From Bdellovibrionia bacterium (lineage in GTDB: Bacteria; Bdellovibrionota; Bdellovibrionia; Bdellovibrionales; UBA1609): a stretch of DNA of 64,000 nucleotides. The notes under the pieces were generated by a model, which ran no database searches, was not told where the DNA came from, and saw only the letters and a program-made list of their open reading frames with translations. The translations under genes and the position numbers were made by a program. Each line of letters starts with the position of its first letter. Position 1 is the first letter of the stretch. Shown here in pieces: positions 9,641-19,327 of this stretch. The DNA lies in the NCBI GenBank assembly GCA_030432925.1, contig JAUILT010000001.1:13468-77467 (forward strand). The letters run 5' to 3'.

Positions 9641-10314
9641 GTTGGGAGTGGACCAGCATGGTGACAGCCAAGCTTCTAGGACTAGTATTCTTCACCTGTT
9701 CCCTTGAGTATTTTTCTTTGCCCCATCTAGCCCACAGACTCTTCCCTGCCTGGTCCTACCTACTCAGTGCCATTGTTCTTTGGTTCATTCCTATACCCCT
9801 TTTGATCTGGCTACCTGTAATCTCTGTGATCGCCTCGTCCTGTTTTTTTACACGCCGGTTCAATGGAGGAGCGGATTCCGTCATGTTTTGGGTAGGACTG
9901 CTCCTGGCATTAACTTACACCACTGCTGACTCAAAGACCCATTTTTCAGTTATTTCTGTTATGACCATTGGCTTTGTAGGAGCCTTTGCCTACTTTATGG
10001 CCGGAGTTAGTAAACTACTATCTCCTCAATGGCGCACTGGAGAAACTTTTCAATGGAGCCTATCACAGACTTGTTTTTCTGAAACTTTCCCCATACTCAG
10101 GCAGCACAGTCGTTGCTTATCCCTAGGGATCTTGCTCTGGCAGTTAAGTTTCCCTCTGGCTCTTACTCACAGATATCTAGCTATTTTTTACATTGTCTCT
10201 GGTTTGGTATTTCATATTGTCAATGCTCGAGTTCTTGGGCTCAGTAGATTTACCTTAGCCTTTTCCTGTTTTTATCCGGCAATTTTATTTTTATCCCATT
10301 CCGGTGACCACTGA
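9637..10314 (+). CDS. hypothetical polytopic membrane protein
   Basis: ATGA-coupled to the preceding ORF. It has 5-6 hydrophobic helices. Confidence 0.55.
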   Translation: MSWEWTSMVTAKLLGLVFFTCSLEYFSLPHLAHRLFPAWSYLLSAIVLWFIPIPLLIWLPVISVIASSCFFTRRFNGGADSVMFWVGLLLALTYTTADSKTHFSVISVMTIGFVGAFAYFMAGVSKLLSPQWRTGETFQWSLSQTCFSETFPILRQHSRCLSLGILLWQLSFPLALTHRYLAIFYIVSGLVFHIVNARVLGLSRFTLAFSCFYPAILFLSHSGDH

Positions 10315-10347
10315 TGGCTTTACATCTACCAGATGTGGTCCAATCAC

Positions 10348-13014
10348 CTAAAGTAGACAGCGCTTGACCTCTTCAATAGTAGTCAATCCATTGAGAACCA
10401 TACGAAGGCCAAATGCAAGAATAGTTTCGAAGCCATCTTTCTCGGCAATTTCCTTTAAATGATCCCACTCCTCTTTTTGAGTCAGTGCAAATTTGAAATC
10501 CTCTGTAGAACGCCAGATTTCAAATACCGGAATTCGGTTATTATAACCAGATCCATTACAGCGTACACAGCCTCTCCCCTCATGAACTGTCCCTGGTGGC
10601 GTCACCCCCTTCAGATTTTGCAAAAAGAAGGCTTTTTCAAATTCCGTAGTGGAACGTTCATGGGTACAACTGGCACAAATAGATCGTAAAAGTCTCTGAC
10701 TCACACACCCCAACATGGCGGATGCAATAGTGACAGGACTGATACCAAACTCTGACAGCCGGCTAATGGTATCTAAAGACGAATTGGTATGCATAGTAGA
10801 AAGAACAATATGCCCGGTAATAGCTGCCTCCAAAACAATATGAGCTGATTCCTCATCTCTAATTTCTCCCACCATAATCACATCTGGGTCTTGCCTTAGA
10901 AAGCTCTTCAGTGCAGCAGGAAAGGTCAAGCCAGCCTTGGGATGTAACTGTACCTGATTGAGTCCAACAATTTCCTTTTCTACTGGATCCTCCACAGTCA
11001 TGATATTCACACCCACTTGATTGATCTCATTGAGTAATGAATAAAGTGTTGTAGATTTTCCCGACCCTGTGGGTCCAGTTACCAAAAAGAGTCCTTGTTT
11101 AGCCTGTGAAACCTCTTTCAATACACTGATCACCCGCTTGTCGGGGGCCAACATATTCAATGGCACAATCCCTCCACTAGAGCGAATCACCCTAAGCACT
11201 GATTTTTCTCCTTTTTTTGTCGGAATAGTTGAAACCCTGGCCAAAAAGTCCAAGCCTTCCAACTTCACTTTGAGTTGCCCATCTTGTGGAGACTTATCAT
11301 TAGAAATATCCATCTCTGAAAGAATCTTAATCCGGTTGATCAACTCTCGATGAAACTCCATAGGCAAAGATTCTGAGCGCTCCTGAAGAACCCCATCCAC
11401 TCGAAAACGAATGGAAACACTCTCCTCACCCGGCTCAAAGTGAATATCGCTGGCTCGATTTTGCAAGGACTCCAAAAAAATCTTGTCTAACTCCTGAACA
11501 GGATCCACTTTTCCTTTAGTTTTGATATGAGTGATTTTAGTCGTTTCCCCTTCGGGCTGTTTGATGTATTCAGGGATTTTATTCATCCAGAGGTGGAACT
11601 GCTGCTGAGAGATCATCTGCAAAGACACCCGATAACCAGAAAGATACCTAGAAATCAGGGTATAAATTTCTTCACTTTCAGGGTTTACCAGACCCAATAC
11701 CAACTCATTGTCTTCACAAAGAACCGGTATCACCTTGTGACTTTTCATCACTGACATAGGAATCAAATCAGCAATGCCATCGAAGTTCACTTTGGACTCA
11801 TCTTCAAAGTACTTTAAACCAATTTGATTGTTTTTACTATGAAGACGTTTTGCCAGATCCTGAGCCAAGGGGAGCAAAAAGTTAGGAGCCTTCATCAGCT
11901 CTTGGAAAATTTTAAAGTCCAAAGCCCGCACTATGGATGGTCCAATTGACTTGGCTAAATGTTTATGAGCTGTTTTGTTCAAAAGAGACAGCTCACTGAA
12001 GCCCTCTCCCCGCTCCAATGCCACAACATGCGTGTATGCTTTGGTATTTTTCAAGGGATGAGAGATTTCAATTTTTCCCTGTTCCACAATAAAATAATGA
12101 CTGCTGGGCTGACCAACTTGAAATAGCACCTGTCCCGGCTGAAGCTGTATGGGCTTGAAATGAGGGAACAATTGCTTGAGTAGCTTATCTGGCAGGTCGG
12201 TAAATAAGTGATGGGTTTTGATCATGTCCTCAAATGACTGTTCACCGACATCACTCAATGTCTTTTTCTTTTGCTTAGAGTTCACCCCCTCTCCAAGATA
12301 ATAACCTCTAAGTTCCGTAGATGTTTTTTCAAAGTCTGAGTCACCAATTAAAAATACATTGATCACTCCTTTAGGAATTCTTGCGCTAATATTTTCGTAA
12401 AACTGTGGATTGTATGGAGTCTTCAGTGCCACAGTTAACACTCCCGATTCAAATGCCAATGGCAAAGCTTCAAATCGCTTCCACATATTGATGGGCAAAA
12501 TATCAAGAATCTTTTTGTCAACTTTGATACTTTCTGGACGGAAGTACTCCACAAAAACTTTGCTCTCTGCCACTGCATTATTAAGGCTGGCCAGCCGGTG
12601 CACTAGGTTTTTGGCCACCACAGGGTACCGGTTGAGAACTTCCAAAAAACTGGAACCACTCATTCGTAAAAGGTGAGTGTCTTCAGTGGCAAACCCCGAA
12701 GCTGATTTGGTAGTTCTGTTAAGTACAGAAAATTCAGAAAAATGCTGCCCAGCTTTAAGAATAGCCAGCCGATTCACCTGCTTTAATTGTGGAATATAAG
12801 TAACAATCTCAATAGATCCACTTTCGATAATAAATACATCATCGCTCACTTCATTTTGTAAAATCACGGGCTCACCAGAACGCACAAAGACCTCATTGAT
12901 GCGATCAGCAACAAACTGAAGGGCCTGTTCGTTCAGCCCCTGGAATAACTGAGAAGCTTTCAGCAATTCCATATATTTGACGCCCTTAGAATGGACGATT
13001 TTTGGTGCACCCAT
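10348..13014 (-). CDS. GspE/PilB-family secretion ATPase with two N-terminal cyclic-nucleotide-binding domains
   Basis: Walker A GPTGSGKSTT, Walker B DPDVIMVGEIRD, His box LSTMHTN, and Cys cluster CASC...CVRCNGSGY. Two cNMP-binding-like segments and two T2SSE_N-like segments lie upstream. An alternative start exists at 12972. Confidence 0.85.
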   Translation of the reverse strand: MGAPKIVHSKGVKYMELLKASQLFQGLNEQALQFVADRINEVFVRSGEPVILQNEVSDDVFIIESGSIEIVTYIPQLKQVNRLAILKAGQHFSEFSVLNRTTKSASGFATEDTHLLRMSGSSFLEVLNRYPVVAKNLVHRLASLNNAVAESKVFVEYFRPESIKVDKKILDILPINMWKRFEALPLAFESGVLTVALKTPYNPQFYENISARIPKGVINVFLIGDSDFEKTSTELRGYYLGEGVNSKQKKKTLSDVGEQSFEDMIKTHHLFTDLPDKLLKQLFPHFKPIQLQPGQVLFQVGQPSSHYFIVEQGKIEISHPLKNTKAYTHVVALERGEGFSELSLLNKTAHKHLAKSIGPSIVRALDFKIFQELMKAPNFLLPLAQDLAKRLHSKNNQIGLKYFEDESKVNFDGIADLIPMSVMKSHKVIPVLCEDNELVLGLVNPESEEIYTLISRYLSGYRVSLQMISQQQFHLWMNKIPEYIKQPEGETTKITHIKTKGKVDPVQELDKIFLESLQNRASDIHFEPGEESVSIRFRVDGVLQERSESLPMEFHRELINRIKILSEMDISNDKSPQDGQLKVKLEGLDFLARVSTIPTKKGEKSVLRVIRSSGGIVPLNMLAPDKRVISVLKEVSQAKQGLFLVTGPTGSGKSTTLYSLLNEINQVGVNIMTVEDPVEKEIVGLNQVQLHPKAGLTFPAALKSFLRQDPDVIMVGEIRDEESAHIVLEAAITGHIVLSTMHTNSSLDTISRLSEFGISPVTIASAMLGCVSQRLLRSICASCTHERSTTEFEKAFFLQNLKGVTPPGTVHEGRGCVRCNGSGYNNRIPVFEIWRSTEDFKFALTQKEEWDHLKEIAEKDGFETILAFGLRMVLNGLTTIEEVKRCLL

Positions 13015-13182
13015 ACTCTGTGCGTATCGGGTTTATAAATAACCTACATTATCAAGAGCTATTAGAACTGGCGAAAGGTCGCAAGACCCCTCTCCCCTTG
13101 TTACAAACCTGACAGAGACTGAAACTCCAGAAGACCCACCAATCCAGTGGACAAACGTCCAGACATCCCGTACTCTTTGCCG

Positions 13183-15006
13183 ATGAACCTACCTATTCGA
13201 AATATCGCCATTATTGCCCATGTGGATCACGGAAAAACCACCCTTGTTGACCACCTTCTCAAACAAAGTGGTACCTTTCGCGAAAACGCTGATGTTGAAG
13301 AACGTTTTATGGACTCCATGGATCTTGAAAAAGAGCGAGGCATCACCATTGCCGCAAAAAATGCCTCTTTTATTTACAACAATATTAAAGTGAATATCGT
13401 AGACACTCCAGGCCATAGTGACTTTGGCGGTGAAGTAGAACGAATCCTAGATATGGTGGACGGTGCAATCCTTCTCGTGGATGCCAGTGAAGGGCCATTG
13501 CCGCAAACCCGGTTTGTTTTGAAAAAAGCATTAGACAAAAATTTGAAAATCCTTGTTTGTATCAACAAAATTGATCGGCCAGATGCCCGCGCTGACGAAG
13601 TGATCAATGAAATCTTTGACTTGTTTGTGGATTTAGATGCCAATGAAGAACAAGCTGACTTCGATATTATCTATGCCATTGCCAAAGAAGGTGTGGCACG
13701 CACCGAAATAGACGGACCAGAAACAGACTTCAAAGTCCTATTTGAGTGGATCACCAATAATTTCCCCCCTCCCCCTGCCGAGCCCGATGAGCCACTTTCA
13801 TTGCTGGTTTCCAATATCGACTATGATGATTATGTGGGGCGATTAGCCATTGGGCGCATTCGATCTGGTGTCATTAAAGTCGGCGATGAACTCACGCAGC
13901 ACACTGAGGACGGTAAAAAACGACTGAAGGTATCAGCTTTATTCAGTTTTGAATCCAGCTCAAAAATCAAAGTTCTGGAGTTAAAGGCCGGGGACATTGG
14001 CGTGATTGCAGGTTTTGAAACTGTTCATATTGGTGATTCTATCACAGCACCCAACCAGGAACCCTTACCTAGAATTCGAGTCGATGAGCCAACAGTGGGA
14101 GTTTTACTTTCTGTCAATGACTCACCTTTTGCAGGACTTGAGGGATCCCAGGTGACTTCACGAAAAATCAAGGAGCGCTTAGAAAAAGAACTGCTTCATA
14201 ATGTAGCTCTCCGAGTGGAGCCAACCAGCACACCTGAAACCTTTAAAGTCGTAGGACGTGGAGAGCTTCAGCTATCTATTTTGTTTGAACAAATGCGCAG
14301 AGAAGGCTTTGAAATGCTGATTTCAAAACCCCAAGTGGAGGTTCAGACCATTGACGGTGAAAAAAAAGAGCCCATGGAAATTGCCGTGGTGGATGTCGAT
14401 GAAGCTTACGTAGGTGCTGTCACACAAAAGCTGGGTGAGCGCAAAGGTGTTCTGATGAATATGACGAACAAGGGCTATGGTCGAGCCCGAGCAGAGTTTC
14501 GGATCCCCTCTCGTGGATTGATTGGATACCGCTCGGAGTTTCTCACTGACACTCGTGGAACAGGCTTACTAAGCACGTACTTTGATGGCTGGGATAACTT
14601 TAAAGGCCCCTTAAAAGGCCGCAATACAGGGGCGATTATTGCCGACAGAAAAGGCGTCGCCACTCCCTACGCTCTCTGGCAACTTGAAGATCGTGGTCGT
14701 CTTTTTGTCACTGGCGGAACCAATGTCTATATGGGTATGGTTGTGGGTGAAGCCAATAAGGGAATCAACCTAGATGTGAATGTCTGTAAAGAGAAGAAAC
14801 TCTCCAACGTGCGTGCTTCTGGAAGTGACGAGGCTGTAAAGCTATCTCCTATCAAACCTATGACTCTGGAGGAAGCTCTGGAGTGGATTTCTGATCATGA
14901 GTTAATTGAAATCACTCCAGAAAATATCCGTATTCGTTGTAAAGAAATGGATCCCAACAAAAGAAAATCTGCCGAGAAAAAAGCAGCAGCTTCAGGCGCT
15001 CACTGA
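13183..15006 (+). CDS. typA: translational GTPase TypA/BipA
   Basis: 'IRNIAIIAHVDHGKTTLVD', 'DTPGHSDFGGEVER', 'NKIDR'. The ATG at 13183 gives the canonical N-terminus; the track starts at a GTG at 13147. Confidence 0.95.
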   Translation: MNLPIRNIAIIAHVDHGKTTLVDHLLKQSGTFRENADVEERFMDSMDLEKERGITIAAKNASFIYNNIKVNIVDTPGHSDFGGEVERILDMVDGAILLVDASEGPLPQTRFVLKKALDKNLKILVCINKIDRPDARADEVINEIFDLFVDLDANEEQADFDIIYAIAKEGVARTEIDGPETDFKVLFEWITNNFPPPPAEPDEPLSLLVSNIDYDDYVGRLAIGRIRSGVIKVGDELTQHTEDGKKRLKVSALFSFESSSKIKVLELKAGDIGVIAGFETVHIGDSITAPNQEPLPRIRVDEPTVGVLLSVNDSPFAGLEGSQVTSRKIKERLEKELLHNVALRVEPTSTPETFKVVGRGELQLSILFEQMRREGFEMLISKPQVEVQTIDGEKKEPMEIAVVDVDEAYVGAVTQKLGERKGVLMNMTNKGYGRARAEFRIPSRGLIGYRSEFLTDTRGTGLLSTYFDGWDNFKGPLKGRNTGAIIADRKGVATPYALWQLEDRGRLFVTGGTNVYMGMVVGEANKGINLDVNVCKEKKLSNVRASGSDEAVKLSPIKPMTLEEALEWISDHELIEITPENIRIRCKEMDPNKRKSAEKKAAASGAH

Positions 15007-15338
15007 TTTTTCTTTTTCATCCCTTTCATTTTATCACGCATAGCTTTTCTTTTGCCTTTCCATGCCATTCGATGCTCTTTACCAGCTTTGCGAGTGGCTT
15101 TTAGGGCTTCTCTTTGAGATTTGCACTTTTCCTTTGATATGTCAGAGTTGACTTTAAGGCAGTCAGCCAGTGCTTTATGCTGGACGGACAACGTATTAAA
15201 GTGATCTGCCATTTTCATATGAGCATCGGCATTCATTTCGGCCATTTCACCTTTTATTTTCATTTTATCACCATGATGATCGGCTTGAGCCGCCCAACCA
15301 AAACAAAAAACCAGTGCTATTACTATAATTGATTTCAT
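15000..15338 (-). CDS. small secreted His/Met/Lys-rich protein (possible metal-binding)
   Basis: Strong RBS GGAGGA, signal peptide MKSIIVIALVFCFGWAAQA, then 'DHHGDKMKIKGEMAEMNADAHMKMADH'. Its 3' end overlaps the typA stop by 7 nt (convergent). Confidence 0.6.
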   Translation of the reverse strand: MKSIIVIALVFCFGWAAQADHHGDKMKIKGEMAEMNADAHMKMADHFNTLSVQHKALADCLKVNSDISKEKCKSQREALKATRKAGKEHRMAWKGKRKAMRDKMKGMKKKNQ

Positions 15339-15426
15339 AGTTCCTCCATAAAAGAATTCAATAGATCATTGAATACCTCAATTATTCCTCACTTCTGAAA
15401 GAAAGCAACTCAATAAATTGTGGAAT

Positions 15427-15461
15427 TCAAAAGAGCCTCCCCCCCCCCCGTGGAAGAGGCT
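15427..15461 (-). terminator. possible terminator hairpin with a C11/G11 loop
   Basis: Stem agcctc / gaggct (15434-15439 / 15456-15461) encloses the C11 run at 15439-15449. Only a short T-run follows on the minus strand. Confidence 0.35.
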
Positions 15462-15484
15462 TCTTAATTCTTACAAATTCTTCT

Positions 15485-15832
15485 TTATTTTGGTGCCCCA
15501 GGAAGGTCCGATGGGAAAGAAATCAAGTTGGATCGGTCTTTTTTAAAGTTCAATCCCTTATGCTCCATACCAAGCTCTTCCACTGAAATCAGACTGTATA
15601 TTGAAAGATGTAGGCTTTTGACGTTTTCAAAACGCTTTTTTAACTGCTCTTCTGTAGGCCGAACTACTAAGGTCTCTGTATGAAAAATAAATCCTGATAG
15701 CTTTACAAATCCCAACCCCAGGCTAGAGTCTTCAATACTTTGTACTTTTAAAGCCACCACTTCACCATTTTGCGGGTCACGATAACTGACCAGATATAAT
15801 GTGCCTTTTTCTCCCGTTTTAGAACTTGCCAT
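15485..15832 (-). CDS. hypothetical protein (possibly DUF1820-like)
   Basis: ATG start, 115 aa. 'LYLVSYRDPQNGEVVALKVQSIEDSSLGLGFVKLSGFIF' resembles DUF1820 as I remember it; this is unverified. Confidence 0.5.
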   Translation of the reverse strand: MASSKTGEKGTLYLVSYRDPQNGEVVALKVQSIEDSSLGLGFVKLSGFIFHTETLVVRPTEEQLKKRFENVKSLHLSIYSLISVEELGMEHKGLNFKKDRSNLISFPSDLPGAPK

Positions 15833-15946
15833 GCCCCGGACTTAATCATAAAAGACAGTCCTTGTCATGGAATCTCAACTTTTATTGTTCATTTTCAAAA
15901 AACTGTCAAAATTGTGGACATAACCCGGGTCGGTACAACTGCAAAA

Positions 15947-16612
15947 TTAAGAATAAATAATAAGGGCTATCATAACGACAGCGACAATAACTGCAACAGA
16001 GACACCGACAAGTACAGGTACAGGTAGTGACTTTTTTTCACTCGAGTCTTCATTTTTATCCACATAATCTGTGGATAACCATTTTTTTCTATCCATATTC
16101 TGTACAGAAGGCCTGGATGCTTGAGTCTGTAGGACCGTCATAGGTCTCGATTGGGAGGCTGGCTTTGAACTCTTTGGCTTAGGAACTTTTTTACGAATAG
16201 GCTCATTAGAATCTGACTCTCCCCCCTCCTCAGAAAGGTTTTTCTTAAACTCTCTCTCTAGCCGAAAGGCTCCCTCAAAAGGTGTTCGATATTTATTTTT
16301 TTTCTCACCTGTTTGGATATTGTTGTACTGGCTAGTTTGAAAATATTCTCTAACATCCTTCACATCATACTGAAAGACCGACTGCAATTGCCCAATTGTT
16401 TCTACTGAGACGGCACCGTAACCACAAATACTTTCTAAAACAAGGACAATGCGATCTAGCTGATCCTCGGAGTTAAGATGAGAAAAGTCAGGGTAATCAC
16501 TCATAAGATGGCGCACCACCATCAAATCTCGTTTTTGAATATCACGAATGCGACGCTGCCCTGAAGATTCTTCTTTACCTGCTTTTTCCTCTTTGGCTGC
16601 GAAATCAGACAT
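15947..16612 (-). CDS. hypothetical protein with C-terminal membrane anchor
   Basis: RBS GGAGGGGG. The middle is acidic and Ser-rich, and the C-terminal helix is 'LPVPVLVGVSVAVIVAVVMIALIIY'. Confidence 0.55.
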   Translation of the reverse strand: MSDFAAKEEKAGKEESSGQRRIRDIQKRDLMVVRHLMSDYPDFSHLNSEDQLDRIVLVLESICGYGAVSVETIGQLQSVFQYDVKDVREYFQTSQYNNIQTGEKKNKYRTPFEGAFRLEREFKKNLSEEGGESDSNEPIRKKVPKPKSSKPASQSRPMTVLQTQASRPSVQNMDRKKWLSTDYVDKNEDSSEKKSLPVPVLVGVSVAVIVAVVMIALIIYS

Positions 16613-16703
16613 GTGCCCCCTCCAGCCTCCATTTTAAATGAAGAAATAGCGAATGCCTACACCTTGTGTTTCTAGGACTGGCCTTAAGGGTGGAAGAAAG
16701 CTC

Positions 16704-17522
16704 TTAAAAGCCAGCAGAAAGCTTGAGCCCGTAACGATCAGCATCCAGTTGGTTAGAGTATTCTACCCCAATCTTAAAAAATAGAAGGTTCAGGTTAGCC
16801 CCCAATAGAAACTGGGCCCCATCTACCTTTTTACTCGCACTTTCTCCAGCTGTTACAGCTGTATCAAAAATAGTGCCTGAACCAGAGTATTTTAAATTTC
16901 CATCTCCCATAATAAAACCCAACCCAGCATAGGGCTCGACAATAATAAAACTTTTACTGGCAAGAACCTGTAAACCCATGATCGTATTCTCAAAAGAAGC
17001 GTCGGCATCAGACCCTGCAGTCACTGCATCGGGAATTTTAAAATCCATATTTGTTTTCGTGTAATGCCCTTTGATGGCTAGAGACAGTGGCAAAAATGAT
17101 AACAGTGTTTCCGTAGGAGTCCACATTAATGCCAAAGACTTATTAGAAAACTTAAAATCTTCATCACCAATTTCAGGAATGATCAGAACTTCACCAGTAA
17201 TCCCAAAAGGCACAGTTAAACGCCCCAACAATCCTCCAAAGGGCAGTCCTGATACATCAGAGTTAGGATCCTCTCTCTGAGCAATTTTTTCAATTCTATC
17301 AACCGAAGCCATTCCCACAATAACTCCTACCTCAAAGCCAAAAATAGACCCCATGGTATTAGCACCAGAAATTGATGTATGAGTGAAAGCTGAAGTAAAA
17401 TCACTGACAATATCTTCCATATCTTTCTCAGAAATATTATCAAGAGCCAGGTCCTGGGCTAGTACCGAAGTAGACATCATAAAAATAGAGAGAAAAATCC
17501 AATTTAAAAAAGATATTTTCAT
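16704..17522 (-). CDS. outer-membrane beta-barrel protein (putative)
   Basis: Signal peptide ending ...VLAQ, an alternating beta-strand pattern, and a C-terminal '...YGLKLSAGF' ending in Phe. Confidence 0.6.
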   Translation of the reverse strand: MKISFLNWIFLSIFMMSTSVLAQDLALDNISEKDMEDIVSDFTSAFTHTSISGANTMGSIFGFEVGVIVGMASVDRIEKIAQREDPNSDVSGLPFGGLLGRLTVPFGITGEVLIIPEIGDEDFKFSNKSLALMWTPTETLLSFLPLSLAIKGHYTKTNMDFKIPDAVTAGSDADASFENTIMGLQVLASKSFIIVEPYAGLGFIMGDGNLKYSGSGTIFDTAVTAGESASKKVDGAQFLLGANLNLLFFKIGVEYSNQLDADRYGLKLSAGF

Positions 17523-17550
17523 AGTATGAACCCTTCATTGTAAAGTCTTG

Positions 17551-18354
17551 TTAACGAAACCTACGATTTTTTAGCAATGCGTACATTGCACCCCAAATGA
17601 AAATAAAATACAACCCAGCGATTAAAAATGAGAGACTTTCAGGAAGCTGTGCGCTGCTCCCCTTGTCAGATAGAGTTATTCCCAAATTCAAGATATCTTT
17701 GGGGGACTGAATCAAACTAGCAAACACCCCCAAAGGAAGGTATCCATGAACTTCCATTTTAAAATAGAAACTTAGGCTAAAAGCTACAACAGGCTCTAAA
17801 ATATAGCGGATTCCAAAATAAGCAAAAACTGTAGGAATAGATCGTTGAATAAGTGTAGCCAAAAGCACTCCTACACTTAAAAACCCCAAGCTTCTCATTA
17901 AAAAACCGCTCACTTGCAAGTAAGAAGGCCATTCCATCTCTTGCCCACTCACCCTCCCTGCGAATAGAAAAGAGAGCCCCATAATCATGACAAAGCTAAT
18001 TACCACGAGAAATAGCACCTGGATCAAACGGCCCAATACCACCTGTTCCAGGGATAAGCCATCAATTACATGTTGCTTTAAAGTACCTAAAGAACTATCG
18101 TTACTGATCATCATGATTAAAATTAACGCCAAAAATGGCTCGAAAAACCCAGAAAAATAAAAAATCATTGATAGCGTCTGAGAAAAATTAAAACCACTCA
18201 ACCCTGGCAAACTCACACCCGACATCAATTCCACCAATATACTGGAGCTCACCCAAAGAACCATAAGAAGGCACAAAAAATATCCGATCAAAAAAATCCA
18301 AAAAAATCGAAACCCTCTAAGTCTAAGCCATTCTAACTTCAAAAGAGTCATCAT
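17551..18354 (-). CDS. ABC-2-type transporter permease
   Basis: Six hydrophobic helices. Overlaps the upstream ATPase gene by 4 nt. Confidence 0.7.
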   Translation of the reverse strand: MMTLLKLEWLRLRGFRFFWIFLIGYFLCLLMVLWVSSSILVELMSGVSLPGLSGFNFSQTLSMIFYFSGFFEPFLALILIMMISNDSSLGTLKQHVIDGLSLEQVVLGRLIQVLFLVVISFVMIMGLSFLFAGRVSGQEMEWPSYLQVSGFLMRSLGFLSVGVLLATLIQRSIPTVFAYFGIRYILEPVVAFSLSFYFKMEVHGYLPLGVFASLIQSPKDILNLGITLSDKGSSAQLPESLSFLIAGLYFIFIWGAMYALLKNRRFR

Positions 18355-19244
18355 TGCCTCAAGACCTCCAAGAAGTGCTGCTCTAAACTTTGCTGTCGAG
18401 ATCGAAGCTCAGAAAGAATAATATTTTTATCAAATAAATATCGATTAAGTTCATCACCTCCCAAAGAGTTTTCTGGCACCACTTTTATGAACTCCCCTTC
18501 ATCTACAATCTCTTTGAGACGATGAAAGCTTTTGAGCGCTGCCAAAAGTTCAGCTTTATGAGCTGATTTTAGCTCAAACCAAATATTATGCCCAAGAACC
18601 TCTTCAATGGATCCCATCTGCAGAAGTTTCCCTTTTTTAAGAACGGCTACATGAGTACAAACCTTTTCTACTTCATCCAGGATATGGCTTGCTAGCAAAA
18701 TGGTTTTCTTAGCTTTACGTTGCTCAAGAATTATGTCACGTATTTCAGCAATCCCTTCAGCATCAATACCATTGGTGGGTTCATCTAAAACTAATACCTC
18801 AGGGTCTCCAAGTAGACATGAGGCTATGGCTAAACGCTGTTTCATTCCTAAAGAAAAACTCTCGTAGCGGCTCTTCCGACGTTCGTACAGGCCTGTTTTC
18901 TTAAGTACCCGGTCAATATCAGAAAATGCCACACCTCGAATAGTCGCCGTGATCTGAAGGTTTTGTACAGCATTCAACCAAGGATAAAATCGAGGCGACT
19001 CTAATAATGAACCAATGCGCTTTCTTAATGCAGGTGCATTGCCTGAGGCAAACCAGCTGTAGTAACCCGAGGTAGGCTTCAAAACCCCAAGAGCCATTGC
19101 CAGAGTCGTTGTTTTTCCAGAGCCATTGGGCCCCAAAAGCCCAAAAACCTGCCCTTTAAGTACTTTCAAATTCAAATCCGACACAGCCCACAAAGACTGA
19201 TAGCTTTTACTGAGCTTTTCACAATGAAAAACAGAAGATTCCAT
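18351..19244 (-). CDS. ABC transporter ATP-binding protein
   Basis: Walker A GPNGSGKTT, signature 'FSLGMKQRL', Walker B VLVLDEPTNGID. Confidence 0.9.
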   Translation of the reverse strand: MESSVFHCEKLSKSYQSLWAVSDLNLKVLKGQVFGLLGPNGSGKTTTLAMALGVLKPTSGYYSWFASGNAPALRKRIGSLLESPRFYPWLNAVQNLQITATIRGVAFSDIDRVLKKTGLYERRKSRYESFSLGMKQRLAIASCLLGDPEVLVLDEPTNGIDAEGIAEIRDIILEQRKAKKTILLASHILDEVEKVCTHVAVLKKGKLLQMGSIEEVLGHNIWFELKSAHKAELLAALKSFHRLKEIVDEGEFIKVVPENSLGGDELNRYLFDKNIILSELRSRQQSLEQHFLEVLRQ

Positions 19245-19327
19245 GTCAAAAATTCTCCCACAAGCCCATGAACAATGGAAGAAAAAACCCTCGCCACCTC
19301 AAAGGATTTGAGTTAACTTTTCTTGCA

